Of a DNA stretch of 32,000 nucleotides, positions 1-9,358 are shown piece by piece. Below the pieces are notes generated by a model, which saw only the letters and a list, made by a program, of their open reading frames with translations, made no database searches and was not told where the DNA came from. The stretch covers positions 90,001 through 122,000 of the forward strand of contig NBVN01000003.1 of NCBI GenBank assembly GCA_003056265.1, given 5' to 3'. The first letter of the stretch is position 1; every line of letters begins with the position of its first letter. The translations under genes and the position numbers were made by a program. This DNA comes from Zestosphaera tikiterensis (GTDB taxonomy: Archaea; Thermoproteota; Thermoprotei_A; Sulfolobales; NBVN01).

Positions 1-570
1 TTTAGTGTCGTGCATCCCAACCGGCATGTTATGGTAGGGGCACCAACCCACCGGATGAGATCCCTTAATTAAGTAACCCTTATCCAGCAGTTTCTTAAAC
101 TGCCATCGTATAAAGGCTTGAAACTCAGGATCTATGGTTGTGAATTCCCTCCTCCAGTCTATGGAAAGGCCGTATCTACGCATTGCGTCCTTAGAGAGTT
201 CGTGGAAGTATTTAGCTACGTCTAAAGGTTTTTTAAGCTTGGCTATGTCCTCCTTACTTAAGGCGAAAGCCTCAGCCAACCTCTCAACATATGATTCATC
301 GCCGGAAGCTATTCTCTCCGCAGTAGCTAGTATCGGCGTGCCGGTGTAGTGAAACCCCATAGGGAACAATACGTTATAGCCTGAAGCCCTTAAAAACCTA
401 GCTACTACATCCGGGATTAAATACGTTCGAGCATGACCTAAATGTGCGGGGCCGTTCGGGTACATAAAGGCCGCGGTTAAGAAATACTTAGGCTTCTTAG
501 GATCTGGATCGGCTATGTAAACCTTCTCCCTATCCCAAACATCAACCCACTTCTTCGAGATCTCAACCAA
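1..570 (-). CDS. leuS: Leucyl-tRNA synthetase, N-terminal part (gene continues beyond the window start)
   Basis: My own minus-strand translation; the ORF is missing from the track because it runs off the edge. It reads VEISKKWVDVWDREKVYIADPDPKKPKYFLTAAFMYPNGPAHLGHARTYLIPDVVARFLRASGYNVLFPMGFHYTGTPILATAERIA...HPVGWCPYHNMPVGMHDTK. It has a class I HIGH-type motif (HLGH) and an archaeal LeuRS-like PMGFHxTGxPI block. There is no in-frame ATG or GTG near the N-terminus. TTG at 570-568 is the only canonical start below the in-frame TAA at 612-610. Confidence 0.8.
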   Translation of the reverse strand, partial: MVEISKKWVDVWDREKVYIADPDPKKPKYFLTAAFMYPNGPAHLGHARTYLIPDVVARFLRASGYNVLFPMGFHYTGTPILATAERIASGDESYVERLAEAFALSKEDIAKLKKPLDVAKYFHELSKDAMRRYGLSIDWRREFTTIDPEFQAFIRWQFKKLLDKGYLIKGSHPVGWCPYHNMPVGMHDTK

Positions 571-863
571 ATATTTGATGAAGTCTCTCCCGCCACTCGA
601 ATTAGTAATTTAACTCACCTAACTCCATCTTCAATTTGAAGTATTAAAGCTTTCACCTAAGGAAATCAAGCATGTCGTTAAGTGGAAGTGAAGTGTAGCT
701 AAGTTATTGAGTAAGCTACGTACTCTACACTAGTAAAGTTTGTAGATGGAGCTCACGTGTTAACTTAAGTAAATTACGTTACGATGAACGATGTAGTTGA
801 AGATAGTTACCTATACTATATTAAAAACCACCCATAATTAAGGTTATTATTTGTTGTGTTTGA

Positions 864-2627
864 CTACTCTTCAACTACGTAGTTAGGTACGACTGGAGGT
901 AATCCCTGCCTCTTAGAGCTTAATATGTTGAGAACTCTATGTGCTACTATAAGGAGCACTATGCCTGCTGGGAGCAGTATAAACCATTGAGTTAAGTTTA
1001 AAGCGAATAACGCGTAGAGAGCTAAGCCTACGAAGCCAGCTGTAGCTGCGTAAGGCAACTGCGTTGAGACATGGTCTATGTGATCAGCTGCTGAGAACAT
1101 TGATGACATGATTGTTGTGTCGCTTATGGGTGAGCAGTGATCTCCGAAGATACCCCCACCGAAGACTGCTCCGATGGATGCGAACGCTGTTAAGTAAGCT
1201 ATCTCCGGGTTGTTCGGGTACTGCATCAAAGCCAGTTGCCAAGCCATAGGTACTGCTATAGGCATCATAATTCCGAACGTTCCCCAACTCGTTCCTGTAG
1301 TGAAGGATATGAACATCGAGACTGCGTATATGATTAAAGGCACTAACAAAGGCGATAAACCGGCTACTACCGCACCATGTATTACGTAGTCGGCCGTGCC
1401 TACAGCGTCAGTAGCTGATTTGATAGTCCACGCATGAAGTAATATAGTGTTTGGTAGAACCATTAGATACATGCCCCTTATGGTTTGCTTCATAACTTCA
1501 TGGAACGACATCACCTTACCTAGTAAGATCCACGCAAAAGCAACGAAGTATGTGGCGAACCCGCCCCAGAATAGGGCTTTAGCTGTGTCAGCATTCATTA
1601 ACGCGTCCGCAAAGGGGGTCTCCCAAAATCTAGTCATGTCTTCAGCTCCAGTAGCCCAGAGACCTAAGATAGTTATGAAAACTAAAGTTAACATAGACAC
1701 TAGGAAAAGCCATCCGGAGGCTTGCTTCCTACCAGTCGGCTCAACCCCTAAAACCTCCTCCGTAGGGAGTAATGGCGTGGCATCATCTCTTAAAACCTTA
1801 CCTTCCTTCACAGCCCTATGTTCGGCTTTCAACATAGGTCCGTAATGCCTTCTCGACCAAACAACTATAAACACCATGATTATAGCTAGTAAGGAGTAGA
1901 AGTGATATGGAACGGCGTTTAACCACATAACGTAAGCACTCATATCTGGAGCTAAAGGTATAGCACCGCTTGCTGCTTGCTCAGATAAAGTGTTTATGGA
2001 GTCTCTTATGAGGCTAACCTCATAACCTATCCAGGAAGACACCAGAGCTATGCCTGCTACTGGAGCAGCCGTAGAATCCACTATATAGCTTAATAACTCC
2101 CTACTAACTCTCAACCTATCAGTTACAGGCCTCATGCTAGTTCCGACTATGACTGTATTGCCGTAATCGTCGAAGAACACAGCCACCCCCAACAAAGAAG
2201 CCGCTAAGCTGGCACTTCTAGCGCTTCTAACCCTCCTGGATATGGCTTTAGCTGCGGCGTGAACCGCTCCTGAAGTGTATAGAAGACCCATGAAAGCACC
2301 TAACACGAAGTCGTAAAGCAGTATCGCCGCATTCCAAGAATCCGTAGCGTTTTTTATATACCAATCAATGACTTGAACCGTTGCGTGTATGGGGTTATAC
2401 CCTGTAACCATTAAAGCACCGACCCAAACACCTGCGAACAGCGCTGGAACTACCTCCTTAGTAACCATTGAAAGCACGATAGCTAGTATCGGAGGCAGTA
2501 ATGGGAAAACCACATATGGAAATCTCTTCTCTTCAGGCATGAATTCAGCGTTTGGAGGTGCGTAAGCGATTAAAGCTATCACTATTATAACAAGAACGAC
2601 GGCTATATTCAGAAACTTTTTATTCAT
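864..2627 (-). CDS. nhaC: Na+/H+ antiporter, NhaC family (polytopic membrane protein)
   Basis: 587 aa ORF, highly hydrophobic throughout. It carries the NhaC C-terminal signature GDHCSPISDTTIMSS. An ATG start with an AT-rich upstream region lies at 2628-2700. Confidence 0.75.
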   Translation of the reverse strand: MNKKFLNIAVVLVIIVIALIAYAPPNAEFMPEEKRFPYVVFPLLPPILAIVLSMVTKEVVPALFAGVWVGALMVTGYNPIHATVQVIDWYIKNATDSWNAAILLYDFVLGAFMGLLYTSGAVHAAAKAISRRVRSARSASLAASLLGVAVFFDDYGNTVIVGTSMRPVTDRLRVSRELLSYIVDSTAAPVAGIALVSSWIGYEVSLIRDSINTLSEQAASGAIPLAPDMSAYVMWLNAVPYHFYSLLAIIMVFIVVWSRRHYGPMLKAEHRAVKEGKVLRDDATPLLPTEEVLGVEPTGRKQASGWLFLVSMLTLVFITILGLWATGAEDMTRFWETPFADALMNADTAKALFWGGFATYFVAFAWILLGKVMSFHEVMKQTIRGMYLMVLPNTILLHAWTIKSATDAVGTADYVIHGAVVAGLSPLLVPLIIYAVSMFISFTTGTSWGTFGIMMPIAVPMAWQLALMQYPNNPEIAYLTAFASIGAVFGGGIFGDHCSPISDTTIMSSMFSAADHIDHVSTQLPYAATAGFVGLALYALFALNLTQWFILLPAGIVLLIVAHRVLNILSSKRQGLPPVVPNYVVEE

Positions 2628-2814
2628 TTAAACACACCAAGTAAAAATATTTGAGGGAATGTTTATAAGTCTTTCGTTTGAAAGTTAATTTAAGTTTTTA
2701 AGTCATAAGAACTTTATATTAAGGTATGGTATGAGGTATTCTATACTTGGACTATTGCCGTGCGTCGCCATAAAAATTTTTTAAGCTATACAGTAAATTA
2801 TTTGGTGTTTAAAT

Positions 2815-4146
2815 GTGAGAAGAGTTAGGGTCGTCATAGTTGGTGCTGGGGGAAGAGACTTCCATAACTTTAACGTAGTGTTTAGAGATAATATAGAGTA
2901 TGAAGTGGTTGCCTTCACAGCTGCTCAAATACCCGGCGTTGAGAGGAGGAGATACCCGCCGGAGCTTGCTGGTTCGTTATACCCTAACGGTATTCCAATA
3001 CTTCCCGAGAGTGAGTTACCTAGAATAATAAGGGAGTTTCACGTAGATGAAGTTATACTATCGTATAGTGATTTAAAGTATGAAGATGTCGGTAGGATTT
3101 TCTCTATAGCCTTAGCTAATGGAGCTTCCTTTAGGTTATTATCGCCTAGGGAGACTATGCTAACATCCCACAGGCCCGTCATCGCAGTTACCGCCGTTAG
3201 GACGGGTGCCGGTAAATCGACTGTGTCGAGAGCGATAGTTAAGGAGTTGGTTAGCAGGGGTTTAAAGCCCGTTCCTGTAAGGCATCCGATGGCTTATGGA
3301 GACCTGAAGGAGATGATTGTACAGGTCTTCAACACCTACGAAGACCTCGATAAGTGGAAAGTAACGGTTGAGGAGAGGGAGGAGTACGAACAGTATCTTA
3401 GGTTAGGGCTCCCGGTTTTAGCTGGGGTAGATTATGGGGAGGTTTTAAAAGTTGCTGAGGGTATGGGCGATGTGATACTGTGGGATGGAGGTAACAACGA
3501 CTTCCCATTCTTTAAATTTGATTATATGGTGACTGTAGCAGACGCTATGAGACCCGGTCATGAAGTCGGTTCATACCCCGGTGAAGTCAACGTGAGGATG
3601 GCTGACGCGGTGATAGTTAATAAGGTTAGTCAAGCAAGCACGGAGTCTGTTAGGAAGGTAGTTAATAACGTGAAAAGCGTGAATCCCAAGGCTAAGGTAG
3701 TGTTAGCGGACATGGAAGTAACTGTTGATAAGCCTGAGTTAATACAAAACAAACGTGTGTTGGTGATTGAAGACTCACCTACAGTTACGCATGGAGGCGT
3801 CGCATACGGTGCTGGCTACGTAGCAGCTAAGAAGTACGGCGCCTCCGAAATCATTGACCCGAGACCCTACAGCGTGGGCATATTTAAGAAGCTGTATGAG
3901 GAATACCCGCATATGAAGGAGGTACTCCCATCAACTGGTTACACACCAGAGCAACTTAGAGATTTAGAGGAAACGATAAACAAGACACCGGCTGACGCGG
4001 TAGTTTTAGGCACGCCCTCCGACATAACTAGATTAATTAAAATAGATAAGCCAGTCGTTAGAGTTCGATGGGAGTTAAACGTACTTGAAGGCCCTTCGAT
4101 AAAGGAGTTAATTGATGAATTCTTGGAAAGAGTTAAGATACGTTAA
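2815..4146 (+). CDS. P-loop NTPase of the COG2403 predicted-GTPase / cyclic 2,3-diphosphoglycerate synthetase-like family
   Basis: 443 aa with a GTG start. There is an N-terminal Rossmann-like VVIVGAGGRDFHNF segment, a Walker A motif (AVRTGAGKST) and a Walker B-like DVILWDGGNND. The family was recognised from memory of archaeal homologs, and the exact activity is unknown. A TATA-like AAAAATTTTTTAAG lies about 35 nt upstream. Confidence 0.5.
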   Translation: MRRVRVVIVGAGGRDFHNFNVVFRDNIEYEVVAFTAAQIPGVERRRYPPELAGSLYPNGIPILPESELPRIIREFHVDEVILSYSDLKYEDVGRIFSIALANGASFRLLSPRETMLTSHRPVIAVTAVRTGAGKSTVSRAIVKELVSRGLKPVPVRHPMAYGDLKEMIVQVFNTYEDLDKWKVTVEEREEYEQYLRLGLPVLAGVDYGEVLKVAEGMGDVILWDGGNNDFPFFKFDYMVTVADAMRPGHEVGSYPGEVNVRMADAVIVNKVSQASTESVRKVVNNVKSVNPKAKVVLADMEVTVDKPELIQNKRVLVIEDSPTVTHGGVAYGAGYVAAKKYGASEIIDPRPYSVGIFKKLYEEYPHMKEVLPSTGYTPEQLRDLEETINKTPADAVVLGTPSDITRLIKIDKPVVRVRWELNVLEGPSIKELIDEFLERVKIR

Positions 4147-4207
4147 AAGTATTAGGAAGCTAACTACTTTTTAAACTATAGTTACATCCTATTTAGGTGT
4201 TGATAAA

Positions 4208-5308
4208 GTGAGGTTGCATAAGCTTAAAAATATCTTAGAAGAGCATGGTTTAAATTCTTTAATAGTGTCTTATGAATGGAACGTTAACTACTACTTAAAA
4301 CTTCCTAGGGCGTCCGGCACATTCATAATCGTTGAATCTGAAGCAACGCCTAAGGTTTTAACACCAGCTTTAGATTTATGGCGTGTTTCAAACCATGTTA
4401 AATCGAAGGTTGAGGTCCTTCCATACGCTGGTTATGAATTACCCGGTCTTGACGTTAAACCTATAACAGGTAAAGTAAGTGATTGGGTAATTAACTACTT
4501 AAGAAGTTCTAAAGCTAGGAAGGTAGGTCTAGATTTAAGCTATGTGACTTCGTTAAACCACGAACTTCAGATGAGGCTAGCTAATGAAGTGGAGGTAGTT
4601 GACGTAGGTCCTTCAATAGCTGCTCAAAGATCCGTGAAGGAACCCGAGGAAGTGGAGCATATTAAGAAGGCTTTATCCATAGCTGAAACAGCTTTCGTGA
4701 GAGTTCTTGAGAACGGCGTTTTAGGCAGGTCTGAAGCTGAGGTCTCAGCATTGATAGATAGTAACATGAGGTTGAGGGGGGCTGAAGGCATAGCCTTCGA
4801 CACTATAGTTGCTTCAGGACCTAACTCAGCATACCCTCACGCATACCCAACAGATAGGGTATTAACTGAAGGAGATCTCGTAGTGGTGGATTTCGGGGCT
4901 AGAGTTAATAGCTATTGCTCAGATACCACCAGATCCTTACGTATGGGGAAGGTAGAGCCTGAGGCGATGAAGGCTTTAGAAGCTGTGAAGGAAGCTTTAC
5001 TTGAATCCACAGAGCTTATAAGAGAGGGAGTTCAGTCAAGCGAGCCCGACTCTAAAGCTAGGGACGTATTGAGAAAATACGGCTTAGATAAGTACTTCAT
5101 ACATTCTTTAGGTCATGGCGTCGGAGTTGAAGTGCATGAGAAGCCTAGGTTAGCTCAGGGCTCTGAAGACGTATTAGTTGAGGGTATGGTAGTAACCGTA
5201 GAGCCGGGGGTTTACATACCTGGTAGGTATGGTGTTAGGTTAGAGAATCTAGTCCTTGTTAGGAAATCCGGTTATGAAGTGTTGAATAAACTACCTCTAA
5301 TTTTTTAA
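4208..5308 (+). CDS. M24 family metallopeptidase (Xaa-Pro dipeptidase/aminopeptidase P-like)
   Basis: 366 aa. It has a creatinase-like N-domain and pita-bread metal ligand motifs: VVDFGA, SDTTR, HSLGHGVGVEVHE and VTVEPGVY..G..GVRLEN. Confidence 0.85.
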   Translation: MRLHKLKNILEEHGLNSLIVSYEWNVNYYLKLPRASGTFIIVESEATPKVLTPALDLWRVSNHVKSKVEVLPYAGYELPGLDVKPITGKVSDWVINYLRSSKARKVGLDLSYVTSLNHELQMRLANEVEVVDVGPSIAAQRSVKEPEEVEHIKKALSIAETAFVRVLENGVLGRSEAEVSALIDSNMRLRGAEGIAFDTIVASGPNSAYPHAYPTDRVLTEGDLVVVDFGARVNSYCSDTTRSLRMGKVEPEAMKALEAVKEALLESTELIREGVQSSEPDSKARDVLRKYGLDKYFIHSLGHGVGVEVHEKPRLAQGSEDVLVEGMVVTVEPGVYIPGRYGVRLENLVLVRKSGYEVLNKLPLIF

Positions 5309-5313
5309 CTGCT

Positions 5314-6714
5314 TTACTTCCTAGGCCCGTGTAAAGGCTCACCTAAAGCCTCATTAACTACCTCACTAAAGACTTCTGAGTATGTTGGGTGGGCTGTTAC
5401 AACCTTCCTTAACTCCGTTAAATCCAAACCGAGGGTTAAGCCCATGCCAAATAGGTGAATTACCTCGGAAGCTGCGTTACCCACTATAGCCGCTCCAAGC
5501 ATCTTTCTGGTGTTCTCCTCTATGAGGATTTTAACGAAGCCTTCAGGAGTTGATTTAATGGAGGCGTAGTCCCTCCCTAAGGCTATGAAGGGGAATTTAA
5601 ATACTTTATAAGCTATCCCGGCTTTAGACGCTTGAGTTTCACTTAACCCCACAAGACCTACTTCAGGTTCCGTATATATGACCATTGGGATGGGACCTCT
5701 GGGTAGAGGGTTTTTAACGCCTGCTATAGCATCAGCTACAATCATACCTTCACGAAAAGCTTTATGGGCTAAGAGCGGAGGTCCTGTGACGTCCCCGGCT
5801 GCGTAAATGTTAGGTACGGTAGTCCTCATAAACTCGTTTACGGATATAACACCCTTACTATCTAATTCAACGCCTACGTTCTCAAGACCTAAGCCTGACG
5901 TGTTGTATTTCCTCCCAGCAGCTATCAATACCTTCTCAACCTTCAACTCTATCAAGTCGCTCCCCAAGCTTAACTTAACGATTACTTCCTTACCGTCTGG
6001 TGTTACTCCCTCGTATTTAGCTTGAGCTGACGTGTATATTTTAACGCCTTGCTTAACTAAGTGTTTATGTACGACATCGCTTAAGTCCTTATCAACCTCA
6101 GGTAATATCTTATTCATTATTTCTATTAAGTGAACTTCAACACCTAACTTGGCTAGAGCTGATGAAATCTCACAACCTATAGCGCCGGCTCCAATTATAG
6201 CTATAGAGTTGGGGAAGCTTTTCAACTCGAAAAACTCTCTATTGCTTAATATTCTCTCACCATCGAATTTAAACGAAGGTATTACGTTAGGCTCCGTACC
6301 CGTAGCTACTACAATGTTCTTTCCGGTAAGCTCCTTAACTACTTTAGAGTTATTAAGGACTTCAACCGTGTTTACATCTTTAACCCTCCCGACTCCGTAG
6401 AAAACGTCAACGTCGCTTAGTAGGTATTTAATACCTTCCCTAGACTTAATTACAGCTCTTTCAACATGTTTTAAAAGCCTGCTGTAGTCTATGCGCTCGA
6501 TCGAATAGCTTAAGCCCGCCTTAGATAACGCCTTCAAACTATAGAGGTTATTGCTTAAGTCTATTAAAGCTTTAGACGGTATGCAACCCCAGTTAGTGCA
6601 TTCACCGCCTAAATACTTACGCTCAACTAACGCTACTTTAAAACCTTTCTCAACGAGTCTAACTGCTGCGACATAACCGGCGGGGCCACCACCTAAAACT
6701 ATAACGTCATACAC
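5314..6714 (-). CDS. lpd: Dihydrolipoamide dehydrogenase-like pyridine nucleotide-disulfide oxidoreductase
   Basis: 466 aa. It has an FAD-binding GGGPAGY motif, a redox-active disulfide GGECTNWGCIPSK, an NAD-binding IIGAGAIGCE motif, and a C-terminal dimerisation segment with HPTYSE. Confidence 0.85.
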   Translation of the reverse strand: MYDVIVLGGGPAGYVAAVRLVEKGFKVALVERKYLGGECTNWGCIPSKALIDLSNNLYSLKALSKAGLSYSIERIDYSRLLKHVERAVIKSREGIKYLLSDVDVFYGVGRVKDVNTVEVLNNSKVVKELTGKNIVVATGTEPNVIPSFKFDGERILSNREFFELKSFPNSIAIIGAGAIGCEISSALAKLGVEVHLIEIMNKILPEVDKDLSDVVHKHLVKQGVKIYTSAQAKYEGVTPDGKEVIVKLSLGSDLIELKVEKVLIAAGRKYNTSGLGLENVGVELDSKGVISVNEFMRTTVPNIYAAGDVTGPPLLAHKAFREGMIVADAIAGVKNPLPRGPIPMVIYTEPEVGLVGLSETQASKAGIAYKVFKFPFIALGRDYASIKSTPEGFVKILIEENTRKMLGAAIVGNAASEVIHLFGMGLTLGLDLTELRKVVTAHPTYSEVFSEVVNEALGEPLHGPRK

Positions 6715-6846
6715 GAATTACACCACTAGATTCTTTAGCTGAAGACTTAAATTAAAAACACCTTCAAATTTAAAGTAACTTTAAAAGTTGTTTTCAAGAA
6801 ATCATCTTTTAAATTCAGTTGAATTACTTGTAGATTACGGTTTTTC

Positions 6847-7785
6847 CTACCCCTCTACATTTCGGCAGTTGAGTTTTTGCTGTATTTCATTCGCAACTAC
6901 ACATGCTTTTAACGCGTCATGAAGTGTGGGTCTGGCCGGGTTTGAAATTCCTTTTACGTTGTTTATGAAATCCCTTAACTCAGCCACTAAAGGCTCCTCA
7001 CCTAATATCTGCTCAGTTTTTACTCCATCAACGCCGTATGTCTTGAGGGAGGATTCCGTAAGTGATGCTTGATAGTACACGTCGTTTAAAGCTATCTCCA
7101 CAACCCTAACTTTAACTGGTAGTAAACCATCCGTTATGAAGTAAGCTACAGTATCGTTAAAGAGAGCTTTAACGTAAATCTCCTGACATGTTTCAAGTTC
7201 TTTCTTTAAACCGACAACGCTTAAAACCTCTACTTTGTTTGTTTTAGTTAAAGCTAAAGCTACGTCTATGTCATGTATCGTTAAATCGAAGACCAGCGGG
7301 AAGGACCTCCTATGTTGCGGTCTTAAAGAAAGTCTCTTGAAAATGATGTATTTAGGCGTTGTTCTTACCCTATTAAGTAACGTTTTAATTACTGGGTCGT
7401 ATCGAACTATAAAACCTGGCTGTACAGCAACCCCACTCTCGCTTGAGATCTTTATTAGGTCATTTACTTCTTTAGGGTCTATAGCTACAGGTTTCTCAAC
7501 AAACGTATGCATGCCTAAAGAGATCGCTTCCCTAGCTGTTACGTAGAGCTTATCTATAGGTGTCGCTATAGCTACTGCGGAAACGTTAAATCTTTTTAAA
7601 TCGTAGATATCTGACGTGTAGTGCTTAACACCTAAGTTTTTCGAGACTTCCTCAACCACTTTCTGATTGATATCCACTAAAGCAGTTAACTCTACGAGAC
7701 CTTCACTCTCTAATTCCTTAAAAGCCCTAGCTATGTTCCTACCCCACACACCTACGCCGACTACCGCGACTTTAACTTTACTCAA
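6847..7785 (-). CDS. Gfo/Idh/MocA family NAD(P)-dependent oxidoreductase
   Basis: 312 aa. It has an N-terminal Rossmann motif (KVAVVGVGVWGRNIARAF) followed by the EKP motif (FVEKPVA) typical of this family. It starts 6 nt after the tatD stop, on the same strand. Confidence 0.7.
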   Translation of the reverse strand: MSKVKVAVVGVGVWGRNIARAFKELESEGLVELTALVDINQKVVEEVSKNLGVKHYTSDIYDLKRFNVSAVAIATPIDKLYVTAREAISLGMHTFVEKPVAIDPKEVNDLIKISSESGVAVQPGFIVRYDPVIKTLLNRVRTTPKYIIFKRLSLRPQHRRSFPLVFDLTIHDIDVALALTKTNKVEVLSVVGLKKELETCQEIYVKALFNDTVAYFITDGLLPVKVRVVEIALNDVYYQASLTESSLKTYGVDGVKTEQILGEEPLVAELRDFINNVKGISNPARPTLHDALKACVVANEIQQKLNCRNVEG

Positions 7786-7791
7786 CCTACA

Positions 7792-8538
7792 TCACCTAAA
7801 GGCCTTCACGCGCTTAAGGAATTCTTCGAAGTTTCTCTTGACGGCGTCTACCACGTCTTCCTGATGCACGCCTTTAATTATGGCTACCTCAGCTATTAAG
7901 TCTTTAATCATATGGGGGTGTAACGCAAGACCTCTATATTCGTATGGACCGTCGGATTCGGTAAGCATACTCTCTAAAGGTGCTGCCTTAACGACCTCCC
8001 TCATCTTATTCTGCCTTAGTAAAGCTACGTTAACACCTATGTAATATCCACTACTTACTATTTCCTTCAGTAAGTCTTGAGGTCCTGTATACCAGTGGAA
8101 AACAGCTGTTGAAACTCCCGACCTATAGATTAGGTTGTAGACTTCACGCCAAGCTCCGGCGGCGTGGAGCAGTAACGCTTTATCGTATTTTAAAGCTATA
8201 TCTATAAACTCTTTAAATACTTTTAACTGGAGCTCATAGGTTTCAGGTGTAAACCTCCTATCTAACCCAACCTCACCTATGAGTGAAACCCAAGTACTCA
8301 TATCTAAAACTTTACTTAAGTCCTCACGTGAGACTGCGTTAACCCTCCACGGATGTATGCCTACAGCTACGTAAACGTTGCTACAACTCTCACCTATCTT
8401 AAGGTTTTTAAGGGAGCTTGTCAAGTCCTCTGAAACACTTACTATTGTTAAGTCTTCGTTATTGCAGTACTTACTTAAGTCTTCCTCGCTATATTCGTAT
8501 AAATGCGCGTGTGAGTCTACATACCTACCTCTAATCAT
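7792..8538 (-). CDS. tatD: TatD family metal-dependent hydrolase/DNase
   Basis: 248 aa. It has the N-terminal DSHAHL motif and later metal-ligand contexts (LLHAAGAW, VFHWYTG, LTESDGP) typical of the TatD amidohydrolase fold. Its start overlaps the nucS stop by 4 nt (ATGA). Confidence 0.8.
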   Translation of the reverse strand: MIRGRYVDSHAHLYEYSEEDLSKYCNNEDLTIVSVSEDLTSSLKNLKIGESCSNVYVAVGIHPWRVNAVSREDLSKVLDMSTWVSLIGEVGLDRRFTPETYELQLKVFKEFIDIALKYDKALLLHAAGAWREVYNLIYRSGVSTAVFHWYTGPQDLLKEIVSSGYYIGVNVALLRQNKMREVVKAAPLESMLTESDGPYEYRGLALHPHMIKDLIAEVAIIKGVHQEDVVDAVKRNFEEFLKRVKAFR

Positions 8539-9257
8539 CGAACATCACTTAAGTTGATGTTCTTAAGTTTAAAGCCGTATTGACTTAAGATTTTACGTGC
8601 GTTCGGAGTTGCTTCCGGAGCTACTAAAACACCTACGACTTCATCGATACCTAATGACTTATAATAATCTACATACCTCTTCAATTGAAAGGCTGCGTCC
8701 ACATCGGCAACACCCCTCTTAACCTCAACTAAAATGAGACTTCCTAACCTATCTCTAAAGATTAGATCTATCCTACCGTATGGGGTTATAACCTCTCTAG
8801 AAACTAGCTCAACGCCCTCACCTATAAGCGTTGGGTTTCGCGCTAAATACTCAACAAGTTCTTCCTCAGTTCCTGAAATTTCGAACTTACCGCTACCTAA
8901 GGAAACAACTAAAGCTTCCACTTCATCAGTTAAGCTCATATTTATCTTTAAAACTTCCTTAGGTTTTAATCTAACGGCTTTTAAAGTCATGACATCATTA
9001 ACTAACTCTACAGTAATTGTTGAGTTGGGTTGCCAGTTAATAGGTTCTCTACCTCTCGATTCATGAACGAGAACCGTACCGTCTTCTTTAATTATGATTA
9101 ACCTAGTAGCTTTACCTGCTTTAGATGAGGCCCTACCCTCGTAAATGATCTCACACGCACCAACTAAAACTATGGTAGCGCGTTTAAACCACTTAACAAT
9201 AAACTCTCTTAAGTCTTTAACCCCTACAGACCCTCTAAAGAGGGTTTTACCGTTCAC
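8535..9257 (-). CDS. nucS: Endonuclease NucS (EndoMS), mismatch/branched-DNA endonuclease
   Basis: 240 aa. The N-terminal half carries YEGRASSKAGKATRLIIIKEDGTVLVHES...EPINWQP. The C-terminal RecB-like nuclease motifs are GRIDLIFRD....LILVEVKR and QLKRY. The layout matches known archaeal NucS. Confidence 0.9.
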   Translation of the reverse strand: MNGKTLFRGSVGVKDLREFIVKWFKRATIVLVGACEIIYEGRASSKAGKATRLIIIKEDGTVLVHESRGREPINWQPNSTITVELVNDVMTLKAVRLKPKEVLKINMSLTDEVEALVVSLGSGKFEISGTEEELVEYLARNPTLIGEGVELVSREVITPYGRIDLIFRDRLGSLILVEVKRGVADVDAAFQLKRYVDYYKSLGIDEVVGVLVAPEATPNARKILSQYGFKLKNINLSDVR

Positions 9258-9358
9258 AACCGCACCTCTACTTTAGTATTAACTATTAACCCTAGTAATT
9301 AATTAAAGATACGGAAACGCTTATAGGGTGTGAGAGCAGTATTAACACTTGAAGTAAG

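Noticed and set aside
134-349. 71 aa plus-strand ORF from the track
   Set aside because: It lies entirely antisense inside the clearly recognisable leuS coding region. It has no motif and low-complexity composition, so it is a shadow ORF.
574-600. TTGATGA C-box-like heptamer near the leuS start
   Set aside because: There is no D' or D box (CTGA) at the required 10-13 nt spacing, and no second box pair. This is a chance match.
1084-1845. ORFs 1084-1287 (minus, alternate frame) and 1447-1845 (plus) inside the NhaC gene
   Set aside because: Both are embedded in the 587 aa transporter ORF, whose signature motifs are in the long frame. There is no independent support for either.
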